Part shown: in pieces, positions 39,737 through 49,979 of the stretch
Layout: each line of letters opens with the position of its first letter
How positions within the stretch are numbered: position 1 is the first letter of the stretch
DNA from: Nitrospirota bacterium
GTDB taxonomy: Bacteria; Nitrospirota; UBA9217
Direction: 5' to 3'
DNA: 64,000 bases
Assembly (NCBI GenBank): GCA_963751455.1
Contig: CAVVUN010000008.1
Span: forward strand, 64,001 to 128,000
Notes under the pieces: model-generated
What the model was told of the DNA's origin: nothing
Databases searched by the model: none
The model's input: only the letters and a program-made list of their open reading frames with translations
Program-made: the position numbers and the translations under genes

Positions 39737-39789
39737 GGTTCCTCCTTAAAGTACTTTACAGACCAATATCTGAAATATTGAGTTTGAGA

Positions 39790-39965
39790 GTCAAAAACCA
39801 AAACCCAATTTTCACACAAAGCCACAGAGCCACAAAGAAAAGCGTTTGATCTTAGAGGTTACGATTCATTTTTTTTATTTTTCTTCGTGGCTTCGTGTCT
39901 CCGTGCGAGACTGGTTTTAAAGGCTTTTGTTTTTGCTTCATCGGTCCGAGGCATTGCCTCGTTAA
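39790..39965 (+). repeat. composite intergenic palindrome with CGAGGC-ATT-GCCTCG tail
   Basis: ttcacacaaagccacagagccacaaag ... cttcgtggcttcgtgtctccgtgcgaga, then a tail shared with 45796-45832. Confidence 0.8.
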
Positions 39966-39974
39966 GGTTTGGCT

Positions 39975-40212
39975 CTTATCAGTATGATGCGGCGCATAGA
40001 AAGTGGACCGGTTGACACCTGCCAGTTCGCATTGTTTGGTCAGCGCCAAGGGGTTTTTGGTATCTACCCAGTGCCGCCGGTCCGCTATAGGCTGATCCCG
40101 GACTTTTTTTTAAGCCAGTCCAGTTCCATCTTCAGCCGTCCGATCTCGGAGTAGAGCCGCTCCGAACTGGCAGCAGGATCTACCGGCGCGGGACCGCGCG
40201 TAGTGTCAAATA
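39975..40212 (-). mobile_element. IS3-family transposase fragment (orfA/orfB junction)
   Basis: RLYSEIGRLKMELDWLKKK (OrfA end), A8G slippery site at 40103-40111, -1 frame ...LALTKQCELAGVNRSTFY (OrfB start). Confidence 0.8.
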
Positions 40213-40376
40213 TGCCCCTTGTTCCATTTGTACCGTTGCAGACATAGTTTGTGGATGTAATCTCTGATGTATCAAGAACTCCGTTATTATTCGTATCAAG
40301 CCCGGAAGTTATCTTGATCCCTCCCGCGGTGCAAGTTGTTCCCGATGGCTCGGTCGCTATCGACGTAAGCGAGGGG
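40213..40376 (-). pseudogene. fragment of a surface-protein repeat domain
   Basis: EPSGTTCTAGGIKITSGLDTNNNGVLDTSEITSTNYVCNG, a Cys-paired repeat seen in large exported proteins; no signal peptide or convincing start. Confidence 0.55.
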
Positions 40377-40405
40377 ACAAAAGTCAACCGCGCTCTTTAC
40401 ATGTT

Positions 40406-41242
40406 CTGCAATTCAGACAGTGTGAAGCGAAGGCAACATGGCCACGAGAGTTTTTCCATAAGTCGGGTTTTGCCAGGCTGTGAGGGTAAATACATTCAGG
40501 ATTTTTAACGTAGAAGGAAACTGTCATCTGATAAGGAGAACAAAGCCTCTTCATCAGAGCTGCTGGCTGTGTCAAGGAGTAACAGGGGTACGTGGGAGAT
40601 ACATCAATGATGCTATGGGGCGCGGGGCTTTGTAAGTTGCTCGGCCAGACTCCGGCGAAGTTTGCGGGTTTTGGCGAGGATCTTCTTGCGGGCCTTTTCG
40701 TTCAACGTGAGCACGAGTTCCTGGTGCTCAAGAGGGCTCAAGTAGGCCACATAGCGTTGGTAGAAAATGAGGATCGCCGTGGTCGTCGGACGGAGCAAAT
40801 CCAACGTCCGCGTGCGGGTTTTGGCATTCAGTTCCTCGCGCCCGATTCGGAGGAGATACCATTGGAGCAGGCTATAGGTGAGCAGAACGAAAACGACCTG
40901 ATTGACGATCGGCTGAAATCCCTTGACGTGAACGCCTCCAGGTCGGAAAAGCATTTCAGTTGGCGATGCCGTTCCTCGATCGTGGTACGCAGGGCGTAGT
41001 CCCGGCGGCCGACGGCAGGATCGTCAAGCCGCGCGGTCGAAACGAGCACCCAATAATCCTCATGCCCGTCGGCATACACCTCCTTGTTGACGACGGCGTC
41101 TAACGGGACCGGGCAGGTTGAGAAGGTCGTCAAAGCATGCACCACGGCGGTTTCGGACCGCAGGAGCGTCTTGTCCGCCGGTCGGGCCGGCGCCGGGTTC
41201 TCGGCCTTCCGTTTCGCCAAGGTGCTACTGTCTGAATTGCAG
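40406..41242 (-). mobile_element. internally deleted IS (IS4-like DDE), 837 bp
   Basis: Perfect 16-bp TIR CTGCAATTCAGACAGT (40406-40421 / 41227-41242); 10-bp direct repeat TTTACATGTT (40396-40405 / 41243-41252); frameshifted transposase C-terminus with YALRTTIEERHRQLK (YREK-type motif). Confidence 0.88.
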
Positions 41243-41379
41243 TTTACATGTTGGGATACAGCAGGGAATAGGTATCTTATCCGATCTGCTTTTCGGCGGT
41301 TCCACCGAGAGTCATGACGATGGGAGCGTAACGGAACGCTTTTCCGACGGCACGTCCATCACGCGTAACGGGTAGTTTA

Positions 41380-41757
41380 TTATTCGGCAAGTTGTTTTTC
41401 AATCTCGTGCAGGACTTTTTTCAAATTCATCGGGCCGGAATCTACAACCTTTTCATCCGAAAGATGGAGATGATGGGGAAAGGTTTTGACTTTCCTGTGA
41501 TGCTCGACATTATCCCAGCGCTGCACGAGCGGCCCCTTTGCGGTTTGCCAATGATAATTGTAGGTAACAATATGGACGCCGGTCCCCTTCAGCTCGACGT
41601 ATTCCGAAAATTCAAGAGTGTCGCCGTTTGAGAGGACGCATTTGACGCGGACATATCCTTCTTCGTCGCTTATTTCCTGTCGTATAATCCTGAAAGACGA
41701 TACAGCGGCGTTGACAAAAAGCTCCTGCAGTATTTCTTCAAGATAGGCACCTATCAT
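41380..41757 (-). CDS. DUF6516/TumE-like putative toxin
   Basis: YNYHW...RWDNVEHH...TFPHHLH motif; start 41757 overlaps the partner stop. Confidence 0.75.
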   Translation of the reverse strand: MIGAYLEEILQELFVNAAVSSFRIIRQEISDEEGYVRVKCVLSNGDTLEFSEYVELKGTGVHIVTYNYHWQTAKGPLVQRWDNVEHHRKVKTFPHHLHLSDEKVVDSGPMNLKKVLHEIEKQLAE

Positions 41758-42074
41758 CGCCTCATGCCTTCCAGCCTGGCTTTTCTTTCCGCAAGGCGCT
41801 GTCGCATGCGGTAAAGAGACGCCCACTCGACGAAATCCATGTCGTCCCCATGCCGCCCCGCTGAGAACTCTTTGATGAAGGCGGTTGACTCCTTTTTATA
41901 GGCGCGTTCAAATTGCTTCAGCTCCTTATCCAGTCTTTTTATCTCTTCTTCATATTTAACCAGCTTGTAATCCATCATTTTGGAAATCGAGCCGGCAACG
42001 AGTTCATCATCGCCGAATTCCCGTATGAATTTTTCCTGCTTCTTTATCTTGATCTTCGATAACGTTTGCGCCAT
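41754..42074 (-). CDS. putative antitoxin partner of DUF6516
   Basis: Coiled-coil, FERAY...F...F..G..GDDMDFVEW pattern; ATGA coupling. Confidence 0.65.
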   Translation of the reverse strand: MAQTLSKIKIKKQEKFIREFGDDELVAGSISKMMDYKLVKYEEEIKRLDKELKQFERAYKKESTAFIKEFSAGRHGDDMDFVEWASLYRMRQRLAERKARLEGMRR

Positions 42075-42492
42075 ACTGCCACCTCCCGGCGGGCTTTTCG
42101 GATTTTAGACTCCCTGTTTTCCAAGCGAATAATAACACAAAATCGGAGCGAAAGGGAAGCGCTCTTTGCCCCCTTCCCCCAAGGCGGATGTGATAGTCAT
42201 GCTCATCGACGACACTGATTTCGTACCGCTGACCCATGCTTCGTATCAAAATTTACCCTGCCGATAACATGCCTTGCATTTGCACGATCCGCTCTTCCCG
42301 TCGTAAGACCACCATTCAGAGGTTTTCTGTCCGCAGAATTCACAGACGCTTTCCGGTCCGGTCCTTGTACCCGTAAGCTTGCCTCGTAGGGCTGCTTGAT
42401 ATGTTCAGCCATGGTGTCCGGTATTTTAATGTCTATTTGCATTGCAACCTCCAAAGCCGCGCCGGATTAACGTTTAGCGGCATAATCTGATA

Positions 42493-42528
42493 TCACAGCC
42501 ATACTTGAACGACTTGAGGATCAGCCAT
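42493..42528 (-). pseudogene. HEPN toxin 5' stub
   Basis: MADPQVVQVWL* overlaps the MNT stop and resembles a HEPN N-terminus; only 11 codons. Confidence 0.45.
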
Positions 42529-42838
42529 AGAGAAGTTTCCCTTCCGCGAAAATATTTTTCAAGAACGGATCGCCCAGGGAAAGCCACTTTTCCACTTCTT
42601 CCGGTTTGTACACGATATAATCAACCGCCGTATGAGTGTCCATTAACCGGTAAAGTTCGCCGATCCGGTCGCTGCCGTAATAAGGCACGTCCTTCTTCAC
42701 AATGAAAAAGTCCAGGTCGTTCACCTCATCTCCGCCCCATGCCGCGGAGCCGAAGAGAATGATCTTCTCAGGCCTGTATTTCTCGATGAGCTGGTCTTTG
42801 ATGCCGTCTATTTCCCGTATGATTTCGCTTCGTGTCAT
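42521..42838 (-). CDS. nucleotidyltransferase (MNT) domain protein
   Basis: PEKIILFGSAAWG...NDLDFFIV; EGKLLYG end. Confidence 0.85.
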   Translation of the reverse strand: MTRSEIIREIDGIKDQLIEKYRPEKIILFGSAAWGGDEVNDLDFFIVKKDVPYYGSDRIGELYRLMDTHTAVDYIVYKPEEVEKWLSLGDPFLKNIFAEGKLLYG

Positions 42839-42941
42839 GCCGAACGCCTTCCCGCGATCAACAACTATCGGACCATGCCGCGCCATCGTTGGTGGTCCTT
42901 TGCGTCGCCGAGGGTGCACACGATTAGAAGCGGCTTAAACG

Positions 42942-43157
42942 CTATTTGCCGATTATCCCCTCTTTTTTCACCCGGCTTATGAGGCTATCGACGGTTTCGC
43001 CCTTATATATATCTCTCCTGAGTTCCGTATAGTCCCCTTCGCCTTTTTCATATTGCAGGAGAAACCTCAATGCCTCGGGAATGCCCAGGCGCTCTTTCAA
43101 TGCATTCCACCCGGCTTTTCTGAGATCAGCGGGGGTCATTTCCAATGTCCGGCTCAT
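42942..43157 (-). CDS. small antitoxin-like protein usually paired with PIN toxins
   Basis: G..AL...LG...ALRFL.QY..G.GDYT..R pattern. Confidence 0.55.
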   Translation of the reverse strand: MSRTLEMTPADLRKAGWNALKERLGIPEALRFLLQYEKGEGDYTELRRDIYKGETVDSLISRVKKEGIIGK

Positions 43158-43167
43158 ACCTTGATTC

Positions 43168-43440
43168 TCACTTTTCGAGCAGACCCTTCAGGTTATCTTC
43201 AAGCTCCCCGTCTATCTCCTGGTCTATTTCCACGCGATGCTCATAATAGAAAGAAAGGGCGTCATGGATCTGGGAAAGCGACAGGTGAGGAAATTCCCGC
43301 GCAAGCTCTTCAGGAGAGAGTCCGAGCTTATAATAGGCAACAAGGTTGGCGACGCGGGTGCGCGTCCCGGCGATAATCGGACGGCCGGCGCTGATCTCCG
43401 GCCGCGATGATATATAGGGATGAAGTATTTCCGTTGACAT
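43168..43440 (-). CDS. DUF433 (VapB45-like) antitoxin
   Basis: PEISAGRPIIAGTR...GLSPEEL...FPHLSLSQIHDALSFY. Confidence 0.88.
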   Translation of the reverse strand: MSTEILHPYISSRPEISAGRPIIAGTRTRVANLVAYYKLGLSPEELAREFPHLSLSQIHDALSFYYEHRVEIDQEIDGELEDNLKGLLEK

Positions 43441-43927
43441 AGCTTTTCTCCTTTTTCAGGATTGCCGAGAAGACCTATTTCTATGCAGATAATAGCACGA
43501 AATCGGGACGAGAGCGACGGAATCCTGTGCAATGATTATGGCGGTTGGGGCGTGTTTGTGTCTCAAGGGCGTTTCTGGTGGATACGATTAAAGCGAGTCC
43601 AGATTTTTTTTTACAAATTGTCAATTGAATTTACAATCTGTAAAGACCACCGGTTCTTTGCCAATGAACGACTCTGAGAGCGACGTCTATCGTCCCGGCC
43701 ACCGTTTATGATTCGTAACAATGACGGATCATCGCAGAAAGTCACCAAGCCGCTGCCTGCTCATTTTCCCTTTTATGGCGCATTGCTTTTGCGGAAACTC
43801 GTTTCTCATGAAGCCCGTTTAAGCCGTAGCTGCCTGCCCTCCAGTTGGAAGATAGTTGCAGCACCTATAACGTATTTTAACGGGTAAAGCGCGATTCTGT
43901 GGCGAATGAGTTTCTGCAACAACGGGG

Positions 43928-43956
43928 TTGACACCTTTTCCTATACATGTTAGTTT
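43928..43956 (+). promoter_or_regulatory. sigma70 promoter, leaderless geometry
   Basis: TTGACA-N17-TAGTTT with TG extension; ATG 5 nt after the -10 and no SD. Confidence 0.6.
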
Positions 43957-43961
43957 TGTTC

Positions 43962-44843
43962 ATGCTCGTTTACCTCGATGGCCATTTCATCCCCCAGGAA
44001 GAGGCTCGGGTTTCGGTCTTCGACCACGGCTTCCTCTACGGAGACGGCATCTACGAGACCATGCGCGCGTACGAGGGAAGGCTCTTTCTTCTTAAGCAAC
44101 ATCTTGCACGGCTCAAACGCTCGGCGAATGCCATCTCTCTCAAGCTTCCATTGCCCCTCGACAAGATCAGCGAGGCACTTAACGAAACCCTGGTCGTGAA
44201 CAAGCTCCGGGAGGCGTATGTCCGGCTTCATGTCTCGCGGGGGCCTGGTGAGATCGGCCTGGATCCTGCTCTCTGTGCTGCTCCGACCATGGTGATAGTG
44301 GCAAAACCGTTTCTCGATTATCCCGCAGCCTACTTCGAACGCGGCCTCCGGGTAGCCATCGTTAAAACACGGCGCAACCATCCGCTTGCCATGAACCCCT
44401 CGATCAAGGGCACGAACTTCTTGAACAACATCCTGGCCAAGATCGAGGCCGTCAAAGCAAAAGCCATTGAAGGCATCATGCTGAACTGGCAGGGTCATGT
44501 TGCGGAAGGGACGATCAGCAATATCTTTGCAGTCAGGAAGGGCATACTCTATACGCCGCATACGGACACGGGCATTCTCGAAGGCGTAACCCGTGACTTG
44601 GTGCTTCGGCTTGCAAGGCGGAAAAAAATTCCGGTCAAGGAAGTCCTTCTAAGTCCAAAAGCGCTTCTTGCTGCTGATGAGTGTTTCATCACGAACACGA
44701 CCATGGAGGTCATGCCGGTTACCACAATAGACAGGAAGCGAGTCGGCAGCGGCAATCCCGGTCCGGTCACGGCCGTACTGAGACAGGCGTACAAGGATGA
44801 GGTCCGATCATGTTTGATGACGCAGGCTGGCTGGCGCAGGTAA
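43962..44843 (+). CDS. class IV aminotransferase (IlvE/Dat/PabC family)
   Basis: DHGFLYGDGIYET, HLARL, IKGTN, EGTISN, ILEGVTR. Confidence 0.9.
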   Translation: MLVYLDGHFIPQEEARVSVFDHGFLYGDGIYETMRAYEGRLFLLKQHLARLKRSANAISLKLPLPLDKISEALNETLVVNKLREAYVRLHVSRGPGEIGLDPALCAAPTMVIVAKPFLDYPAAYFERGLRVAIVKTRRNHPLAMNPSIKGTNFLNNILAKIEAVKAKAIEGIMLNWQGHVAEGTISNIFAVRKGILYTPHTDTGILEGVTRDLVLRLARRKKIPVKEVLLSPKALLAADECFITNTTMEVMPVTTIDRKRVGSGNPGPVTAVLRQAYKDEVRSCLMTQAGWRR

Positions 44844-45484
44844 TCGATCAGACCATAGTAAGGCCCGACGCCACCATCGCGGACCTCCAAAGGTCGTGCG
44901 AAGATGCAAAAAAGTACGGTTTCGCCTGCGTGGTCGTGCAGGGCTGCCACGTTGTACGGGCGCGCGAACTTCTATCGAACACGCTTATTAAAGTATGCGC
45001 AGTTGTCGGTTTTCCCCACGGGGCCGTTACGACGACCGTCAAGATCGTCGAGGCAATGGAGGCGATACGAAACGGAGCGTCCGAACTCGACATCGTGATG
45101 AACATCGGCATGGCGAAATCCGGCCGCTTTGATTTTGTGGAGATCGATGTCAAGAACATCATCGCTATGACGCCCGGGAAGGTACACAAGGTCATCATTG
45201 AAACGGGAAGTCTTACGCCGGATGAGATCGGGACCGCGTGCCGTATTGCAGCCGGTTCAGGCGCCGAGTTCGTCAAGACATCGACTGGGTACGGACCGCG
45301 GGGGGTATCGGTCGAGGACATATCGCTCATGCGCCGGGCAATCGGGTCGTCCTGCAGAATCAAGGCGGCAGGCGGGATTCGCGATCTTGCTGGTCTGACC
45401 GCGCTTGTGGAAGCAGGGGCTGACAGGATAGGGACCAGTTCAGGATCCGCGATCATGGAGGAATTCCTGAACAGGAGAAAATGA
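44810..45484 (+). CDS. deoC: deoxyribose-phosphate aldolase
   Basis: VVGFPHG, ELDIVMN, KVIIET, FVKTSTG, IKAAGGIR, RIGTS. Confidence 0.94.
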   Translation: MFDDAGWLAQVIDQTIVRPDATIADLQRSCEDAKKYGFACVVVQGCHVVRARELLSNTLIKVCAVVGFPHGAVTTTVKIVEAMEAIRNGASELDIVMNIGMAKSGRFDFVEIDVKNIIAMTPGKVHKVIIETGSLTPDEIGTACRIAAGSGAEFVKTSTGYGPRGVSVEDISLMRRAIGSSCRIKAAGGIRDLAGLTALVEAGADRIGTSSGSAIMEEFLNRRK

Positions 45485-45669
45485 TGGTCTGGCAATAAGT
45501 CGCCGGCCCGAAAAACCCGGGCTAAGCCTGAGGGAAGCGAAGGCTGAATCGACCTCAAAGAGAGCAGTTAAACACAGAGATCGCAGAGAAAAATCAAACC
45601 TTATATTAAAAAAACTATCACAGGAAGGTGAACGCTTTTTAAGTACTTACAACCCAACATCTTGAATCA

Positions 45670-45832
45670 AATCTGAAATCAATTTTCTCGCAAAGACGCA
45701 AAGTCCGCAAGGAAAGGCAAATGATTTGAGTTTATAACCCCGATTTAAGGATTTTCTTTGCGCCCTTTGCGCCTTTGCGCGAGACGGTTTTGATTTTTGT
45801 TTGTTTCATCGGTCTGAGGAGTGCCTCGTTAA
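45670..45832 (+). repeat. composite intergenic palindrome, CGCAAA subtype
   Basis: tctcgcaaagacgcaaagtccgcaag ... ctttgcgccctttgcgcctttgcgcgaga plus ttcatcggtctgagg..gcctcgttaa tail. Confidence 0.8.
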
Positions 45833-45898
45833 TATCTTATTTTCTTGTTTTTCTTTGCGGCCAAACAAAAGCAACCACTCACATTCAGGATTTTGAGG

Positions 45899-45932
45899 AA
45901 AAAAGCCGGCGTTCGCTCTGAACGTCGGCTTC
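45899..45932 (-). terminator. intrinsic terminator of lpxC
   Basis: Minus strand: aagccgacgttc-agagc-gaacgccggc-tttttt. Confidence 0.8.
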
Positions 45933-45955
45933 TATTTTTACAAAAACAGCGGATG

Positions 45956-46861
45956 CTAGATGAGCGCATGCTGGAATTGCATCTGGGGCTGTCGCACCGC
46001 CTGTTCTTCCGGCGAACCCACTATAATCCAGTTCTCCGGACTGTCCAGGAGTTTTGCAACCATCTTGGCATTGAGAGCGTGACCTGACTTATGTGCGACC
46101 ATGTGGGCGATGATCGGCATTCCTGCAAGTGAGATGTCGCCGATCAGATCCAATATCTTGTGCCGCACGAACTCATCCGGATACCTGAGACCCTCTTTAT
46201 TCAGGATGGAATCGTCGGTCAGCGCGACTGCATTGTCGAGCGAGGCACCCTTTGCAAGGCCGCTGGCCTGGAGCTTCTGAACGTCGCTCAGGAACCCGAA
46301 GGTCCGGGCGTCAGCTACTTCGCGCAAAAAATTTTCTTCGGAAGCTGCGTATTGCATGCTTTGTTCCTTCAGCATCGGGTGATTGAAATCGATAAAGTAC
46401 GAAATGCTCAGTGAGTCGGAGGGCCACAGCGCTATCTGCCTGTTGCCGTCCCGAACAAAGACGGGCTTTATGAGCTTGAGCATCGGCTGGATCTCTTCCT
46501 GTGACCGGATGCCTGCATCGGCGATAAGCCTGATGAAAGGGCCGGCGCTCCCGTCCATGATAGGAATTTCTTCGGCGTTTATCTCCACGATCGCATTGTC
46601 TATGTTAAGCCCGGAAAGGGCAGCCAGTAGATGCTCCACGGTCCGGACGGATGCATGGTCCCGGCCGAGGCTGGTAGCATAGCTGGTTTCTGTGACATTT
46701 GCCGCGATGACCGGTATGTGAATATCTCCCAGGTCGGTACGGATAAATACTATACCTGTATTGATGGGTGCAGGTTTAATCCGGATTTCTACCGGTTTTC
46801 CGGAATGAAGTCCGATACTTTCACATGCAATTGTCTTTTTAACGGTCCGTTGAAATCTCAT
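45956..46861 (-). CDS. lpxC: UDP-3-O-acyl-N-acetylglucosamine deacetylase
   Basis: GLHSG, TVEHLLAAL, IMDGS, ARTFGF, HKILDLIGD, SGH. Confidence 0.97.
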   Translation of the reverse strand: MRFQRTVKKTIACESIGLHSGKPVEIRIKPAPINTGIVFIRTDLGDIHIPVIAANVTETSYATSLGRDHASVRTVEHLLAALSGLNIDNAIVEINAEEIPIMDGSAGPFIRLIADAGIRSQEEIQPMLKLIKPVFVRDGNRQIALWPSDSLSISYFIDFNHPMLKEQSMQYAASEENFLREVADARTFGFLSDVQKLQASGLAKGASLDNAVALTDDSILNKEGLRYPDEFVRHKILDLIGDISLAGMPIIAHMVAHKSGHALNAKMVAKLLDSPENWIIVGSPEEQAVRQPQMQFQHALI

Positions 46862-46891
46862 TTTTATATCCTTCCCTTTTTCAGGGAGAAA

Positions 46892-46907
46892 AGCAAGAGC
46901 CGTGCCA
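46892..46907 (-). promoter_or_regulatory. sigma54 (-24/-12) promoter of lpxC
   Basis: Minus strand TGGCAC-GGCTC-TTGCT, full consensus. Confidence 0.85.
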
Positions 46908-47117
46908 GTCGTTCAATCCCGCACTATAATGAAAAATCAAATAAATATGATATGTACAATAGTACTTATGTGGCAAAAATGACAATATCGGCATGTGCTT
47001 GTTGCGATAAAACCACAGTTCCGCATTCCAATGCCCACTAAACCATTGACAGCGCATACTGCGGTATGCTAAATATTGACAATTCTTTTAATGTGATAGA
47101 TTCACTGAGGAGAAAAC

Positions 47118-47834
47118 ATGCCGCCCAAGCTTGACGAACTCTATAAGAACGGTATGGAAGCCTTTGACAAGGGAGAATTCGAAAATGCTGAACGTTTTTT
47201 TCAGCAGATTCTCGGCATGAATCCCACGTTCGCCGACATCCAGAACAAGATGGGAATAATCTATAACCAGACAAACCGGCTTAGCCTCGCGGCAAAAGCC
47301 TTTGAAAAAGCTCTGGAGATGAACCCCGGCTATACCGAGGCTTCCTTGAACCTCGCGATAACATACAGTGACCTGGGGATGTATGATAAAGCACGCGCTG
47401 TTTTTGAAAATGCATCTCACTTTTCAGTCGGTGCGAATAAATCCGGTCGCCCATCGATCGACCCCTTCATTAAAGGCAAGCTCGCCGACGAGCACCTGAG
47501 AATCGGCAGGCTTTATTACGAACTCCGGATGCTCGACGAAGCCATAGAAGAATATCAGAAGGCTCTTCGCCTTTCACCGAACTTTGCGGACATCATAACG
47601 CATCTCGGCATTGCCTACAGGGACAAGGGCAGTTACGATGACGCCATTGCCCAGTTCAATCGAGCAAAGAACAGCAATCCACACTACATACCGGCACGCA
47701 TCCATCTCGGCGTTACCTACTATTCACAGGGGTTTTACGGCCTTGCGGAAGAGGAGTGGAGAGAGGCGCTCGTTTTTGACCCGAACAATTCCGCGGTAAA
47801 GACCTATTTGAATTTCGTAAAACCCCATTCCTGA
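47118..47834 (+). CDS. tetratricopeptide repeat protein
   Basis: Repeated LG..Y...G...A...F..AL...P units. Confidence 0.88.
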   Translation: MPPKLDELYKNGMEAFDKGEFENAERFFQQILGMNPTFADIQNKMGIIYNQTNRLSLAAKAFEKALEMNPGYTEASLNLAITYSDLGMYDKARAVFENASHFSVGANKSGRPSIDPFIKGKLADEHLRIGRLYYELRMLDEAIEEYQKALRLSPNFADIITHLGIAYRDKGSYDDAIAQFNRAKNSNPHYIPARIHLGVTYYSQGFYGLAEEEWREALVFDPNNSAVKTYLNFVKPHS

Positions 47835-47847
47835 TGGAGTTATTTCT

Positions 47848-48807
47848 TTGGATCTTCTTGAAATCAGAGGCCTCACCACCCATTTCTTTACCCGCTCCGG
47901 CGTCGTCAAGGCAGTCGATAACCTTGACTTGAAGCTGCAAAAAGGACGCGTGCTGGGCCTCGTCGGCGAATCGGGCTGCGGCAAGACTGTCACGGCGCTT
48001 TCCATCCTCAATCTCGTTCCGTACCCGGGCAAGATAGTGTCAGGCGCCATATTCTTTGAGGGGCGAGACCTGCTTACGCTGTCGCAGGAAGAGATGCGGA
48101 AAATTCGCGGGGCCAAAATCTCGATGATATTCCAGGAGCCGATGACGGCGCTGAATCCGGTTTTTACCGTGGGAAATCAGATTGCCGAGGTCCTGACCAC
48201 TCACCGGCAAATGACCTCGAAAGAGGCTCTTGACTCCTCGGTTGAACTGCTTCATTCCGTCGGCATTCCGTCTCCTGAAAAACGCGTTCATGAATATCCG
48301 CACCAGCTTTCAGGCGGCATGCGGCAGCGCATCATGATAGCAATGGCCATCGCCTGCAAGCCCTCCCTGGTTCTCGCAGACGAACCGACAACCGCGCTTG
48401 ATGTCACTATCCAGGCGCACATCCTCCAGCTTCTCGGCGCAATCCAGGAGGAAATGGGCATGGCGATGATCCTGGTCACGCACGACCTCGGTCTCATTGC
48501 GGAACGCGCGCAGGAAGTTGCCGTGATGTATGCCGGACGGATTGTTGAGCAGACCGAAACCAGGGAGTTGTTCGCGCATCCGTACCACCCCTATACCCGG
48601 GGGCTCATGGCCTCCATACCGAAGCCTGGCGAGGGCGGTCGAAAAAGGCTGAGAACGATTGCGGGCAGCGTGCCAAGACTCTCGGAACTGCCCGCAGGAT
48701 GCACCTTCGCTCCGCGCTGCGACATGAAGACCGGGCGCTGCGAAGCGGAACCGGAGCTTCTTGAGGTCAACCCCGGCCATCTGGTGAGGTGCTGGGAAGC
48801 GAAGTGA
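47848..48807 (+). CDS. oligopeptide/dipeptide ABC transporter ATP-binding protein (OppD/DppD)
   Basis: [29 protein letters not shown]-terminal Cys cluster. Confidence 0.93.
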   Translation: MDLLEIRGLTTHFFTRSGVVKAVDNLDLKLQKGRVLGLVGESGCGKTVTALSILNLVPYPGKIVSGAIFFEGRDLLTLSQEEMRKIRGAKISMIFQEPMTALNPVFTVGNQIAEVLTTHRQMTSKEALDSSVELLHSVGIPSPEKRVHEYPHQLSGGMRQRIMIAMAIACKPSLVLADEPTTALDVTIQAHILQLLGAIQEEMGMAMILVTHDLGLIAERAQEVAVMYAGRIVEQTETRELFAHPYHPYTRGLMASIPKPGEGGRKRLRTIAGSVPRLSELPAGCTFAPRCDMKTGRCEAEPELLEVNPGHLVRCWEAK

Positions 48808-48867
48808 ACCATTGCGGAATGCGGAGTGATAAGATCGGAAGCAAAAATATAATACTGAAAAGCTTCT

Positions 48868-48988
48868 TCCGCAGATTTCGCAGATGTACGCAGATTTTTA
48901 AGAAAGTACCTACTGAGGTCAATCAGAGCAAGTTATAAAAGAATAAATCAGATGTAGTTTTATCTGCGAAATCTGCGCAATCTGCGGA
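48868..48988. repeat. intergenic palindrome, CGCAGA subtype (best-preserved copy)
   Basis: tccgcagatttcgcagatgtacgcagat ... atctgcgaaatctgcgcaatctgcgga. Confidence 0.88.
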
Positions 48989-49016
48989 TAGAAGATGACC
49001 TGTTTCTATCAAACTA

Positions 49017-49979
49017 ATGAGTAATATTCTACTTGAAATAAAAGATCTCTACAAATCTTTCCCGGTAAAAGCCGGGATCGGGAAAACTGTTGAGGCGAAA
49101 GCAGTGGACGGGGTAAACCTTCGGGTCGACCGCGGGGAGGCCGTCGGTCTTGTCGGTGAAAGCGGCTGCGGCAAATCGACTCTCGGCAGGCTCGCGCTCA
49201 GATTAATCGAACCCACCTCAGGAAAGATTTATTTTGAGGGCCGCGACTTGAACACACTGGGGAAAGAGGAACTTCGCGGGCTTCGCAAAAAAATGCAGAT
49301 TATATTCCAGGACCCCTTCGCTTCGCTCAATCCGCGGATGCGGGTCGGGGAAATAATTACAGAACCCCTGGTCATACACGGGCTCGCCAGGGACCGTGAG
49401 CTCGAAGAGCGCGGCGCGGCCCTGCTTCAGAAGGTCGGGCTTCCTGTTGACGCGCTGCGGCGCTATCCGCACGAATTTTCCGGCGGCCAGCGGCAGAGGA
49501 TCGGCATTGCCCGCGCCCTTGCCAGCGGCCCTACCTTTATGGTGGCCGATGAGCCGGTCTCTGCGCTCGATGTCTCGGTCCAGGCGCAGATCATAAATCT
49601 GCTCCAGGACCTTCGCGATGAATTAAAACTCTCATTCCTGTTCATAGCCCACGATCTCAACGTCGTCCGGCATTTCTCGGACCGGGTAGCAGTCATGTAC
49701 CTTGGCAGGATTGTCGAAATCGCGCCTGCTGAAGAAATATACCTCAACCCCTCCCATCCTTATACCGAAGCGCTGCTTGCCGATATTCCGGTTGCGGACC
49801 CGACACTGAAAAAAAAGCATATTCTTTTGAAAGGCGACATCCCGAGCCCTACACAGGTCCCGCCCGGCTGCCGCTTCCATACGCGCTGCATCTACCGCTT
49901 CGAGCCATGCGACAAGATCTTTCCTCGAACCACCGATCTCGGAAACGGCCATTTCGTTGAGTGTCATCTCCGCGGATAA
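49017..49979 (+). CDS. oligopeptide/dipeptide ABC transporter ATP-binding protein (OppF/DppF)
   Basis: [36 protein letters not shown]. Confidence 0.93.
   Translation: MSNILLEIKDLYKSFPVKAGIGKTVEAKAVDGVNLRVDRGEAVGLVGESGCGKSTLGRLALRLIEPTSGKIYFEGRDLNTLGKEELRGLRKKMQIIFQDPFASLNPRMRVGEIITEPLVIHGLARDRELEERGAALLQKVGLPVDALRRYPHEFSGGQRQRIGIARALASGPTFMVADEPVSALDVSVQAQIINLLQDLRDELKLSFLFIAHDLNVVRHFSDRVAVMYLGRIVEIAPAEEIYLNPSHPYTEALLADIPVADPTLKKKHILLKGDIPSPTQVPPGCRFHTRCIYRFEPCDKIFPRTTDLGNGHFVECHLRG

Noticed and set aside
40085-40387. 100-aa ORF as a real gene
   Set aside because: Chimera of a surface-protein fragment and IS3 OrfA end.
42203-42454. 83-aa ORF as an intact antitoxin
   Set aside because: Only the first ~20 residues look antitoxin-like; the rest has no recognisable pattern.
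43450-43920. Possible ncRNA or gene in the gap before the aminotransferase
   Set aside because: No recognisable motif, stable structure or protein-like ORF by eye.
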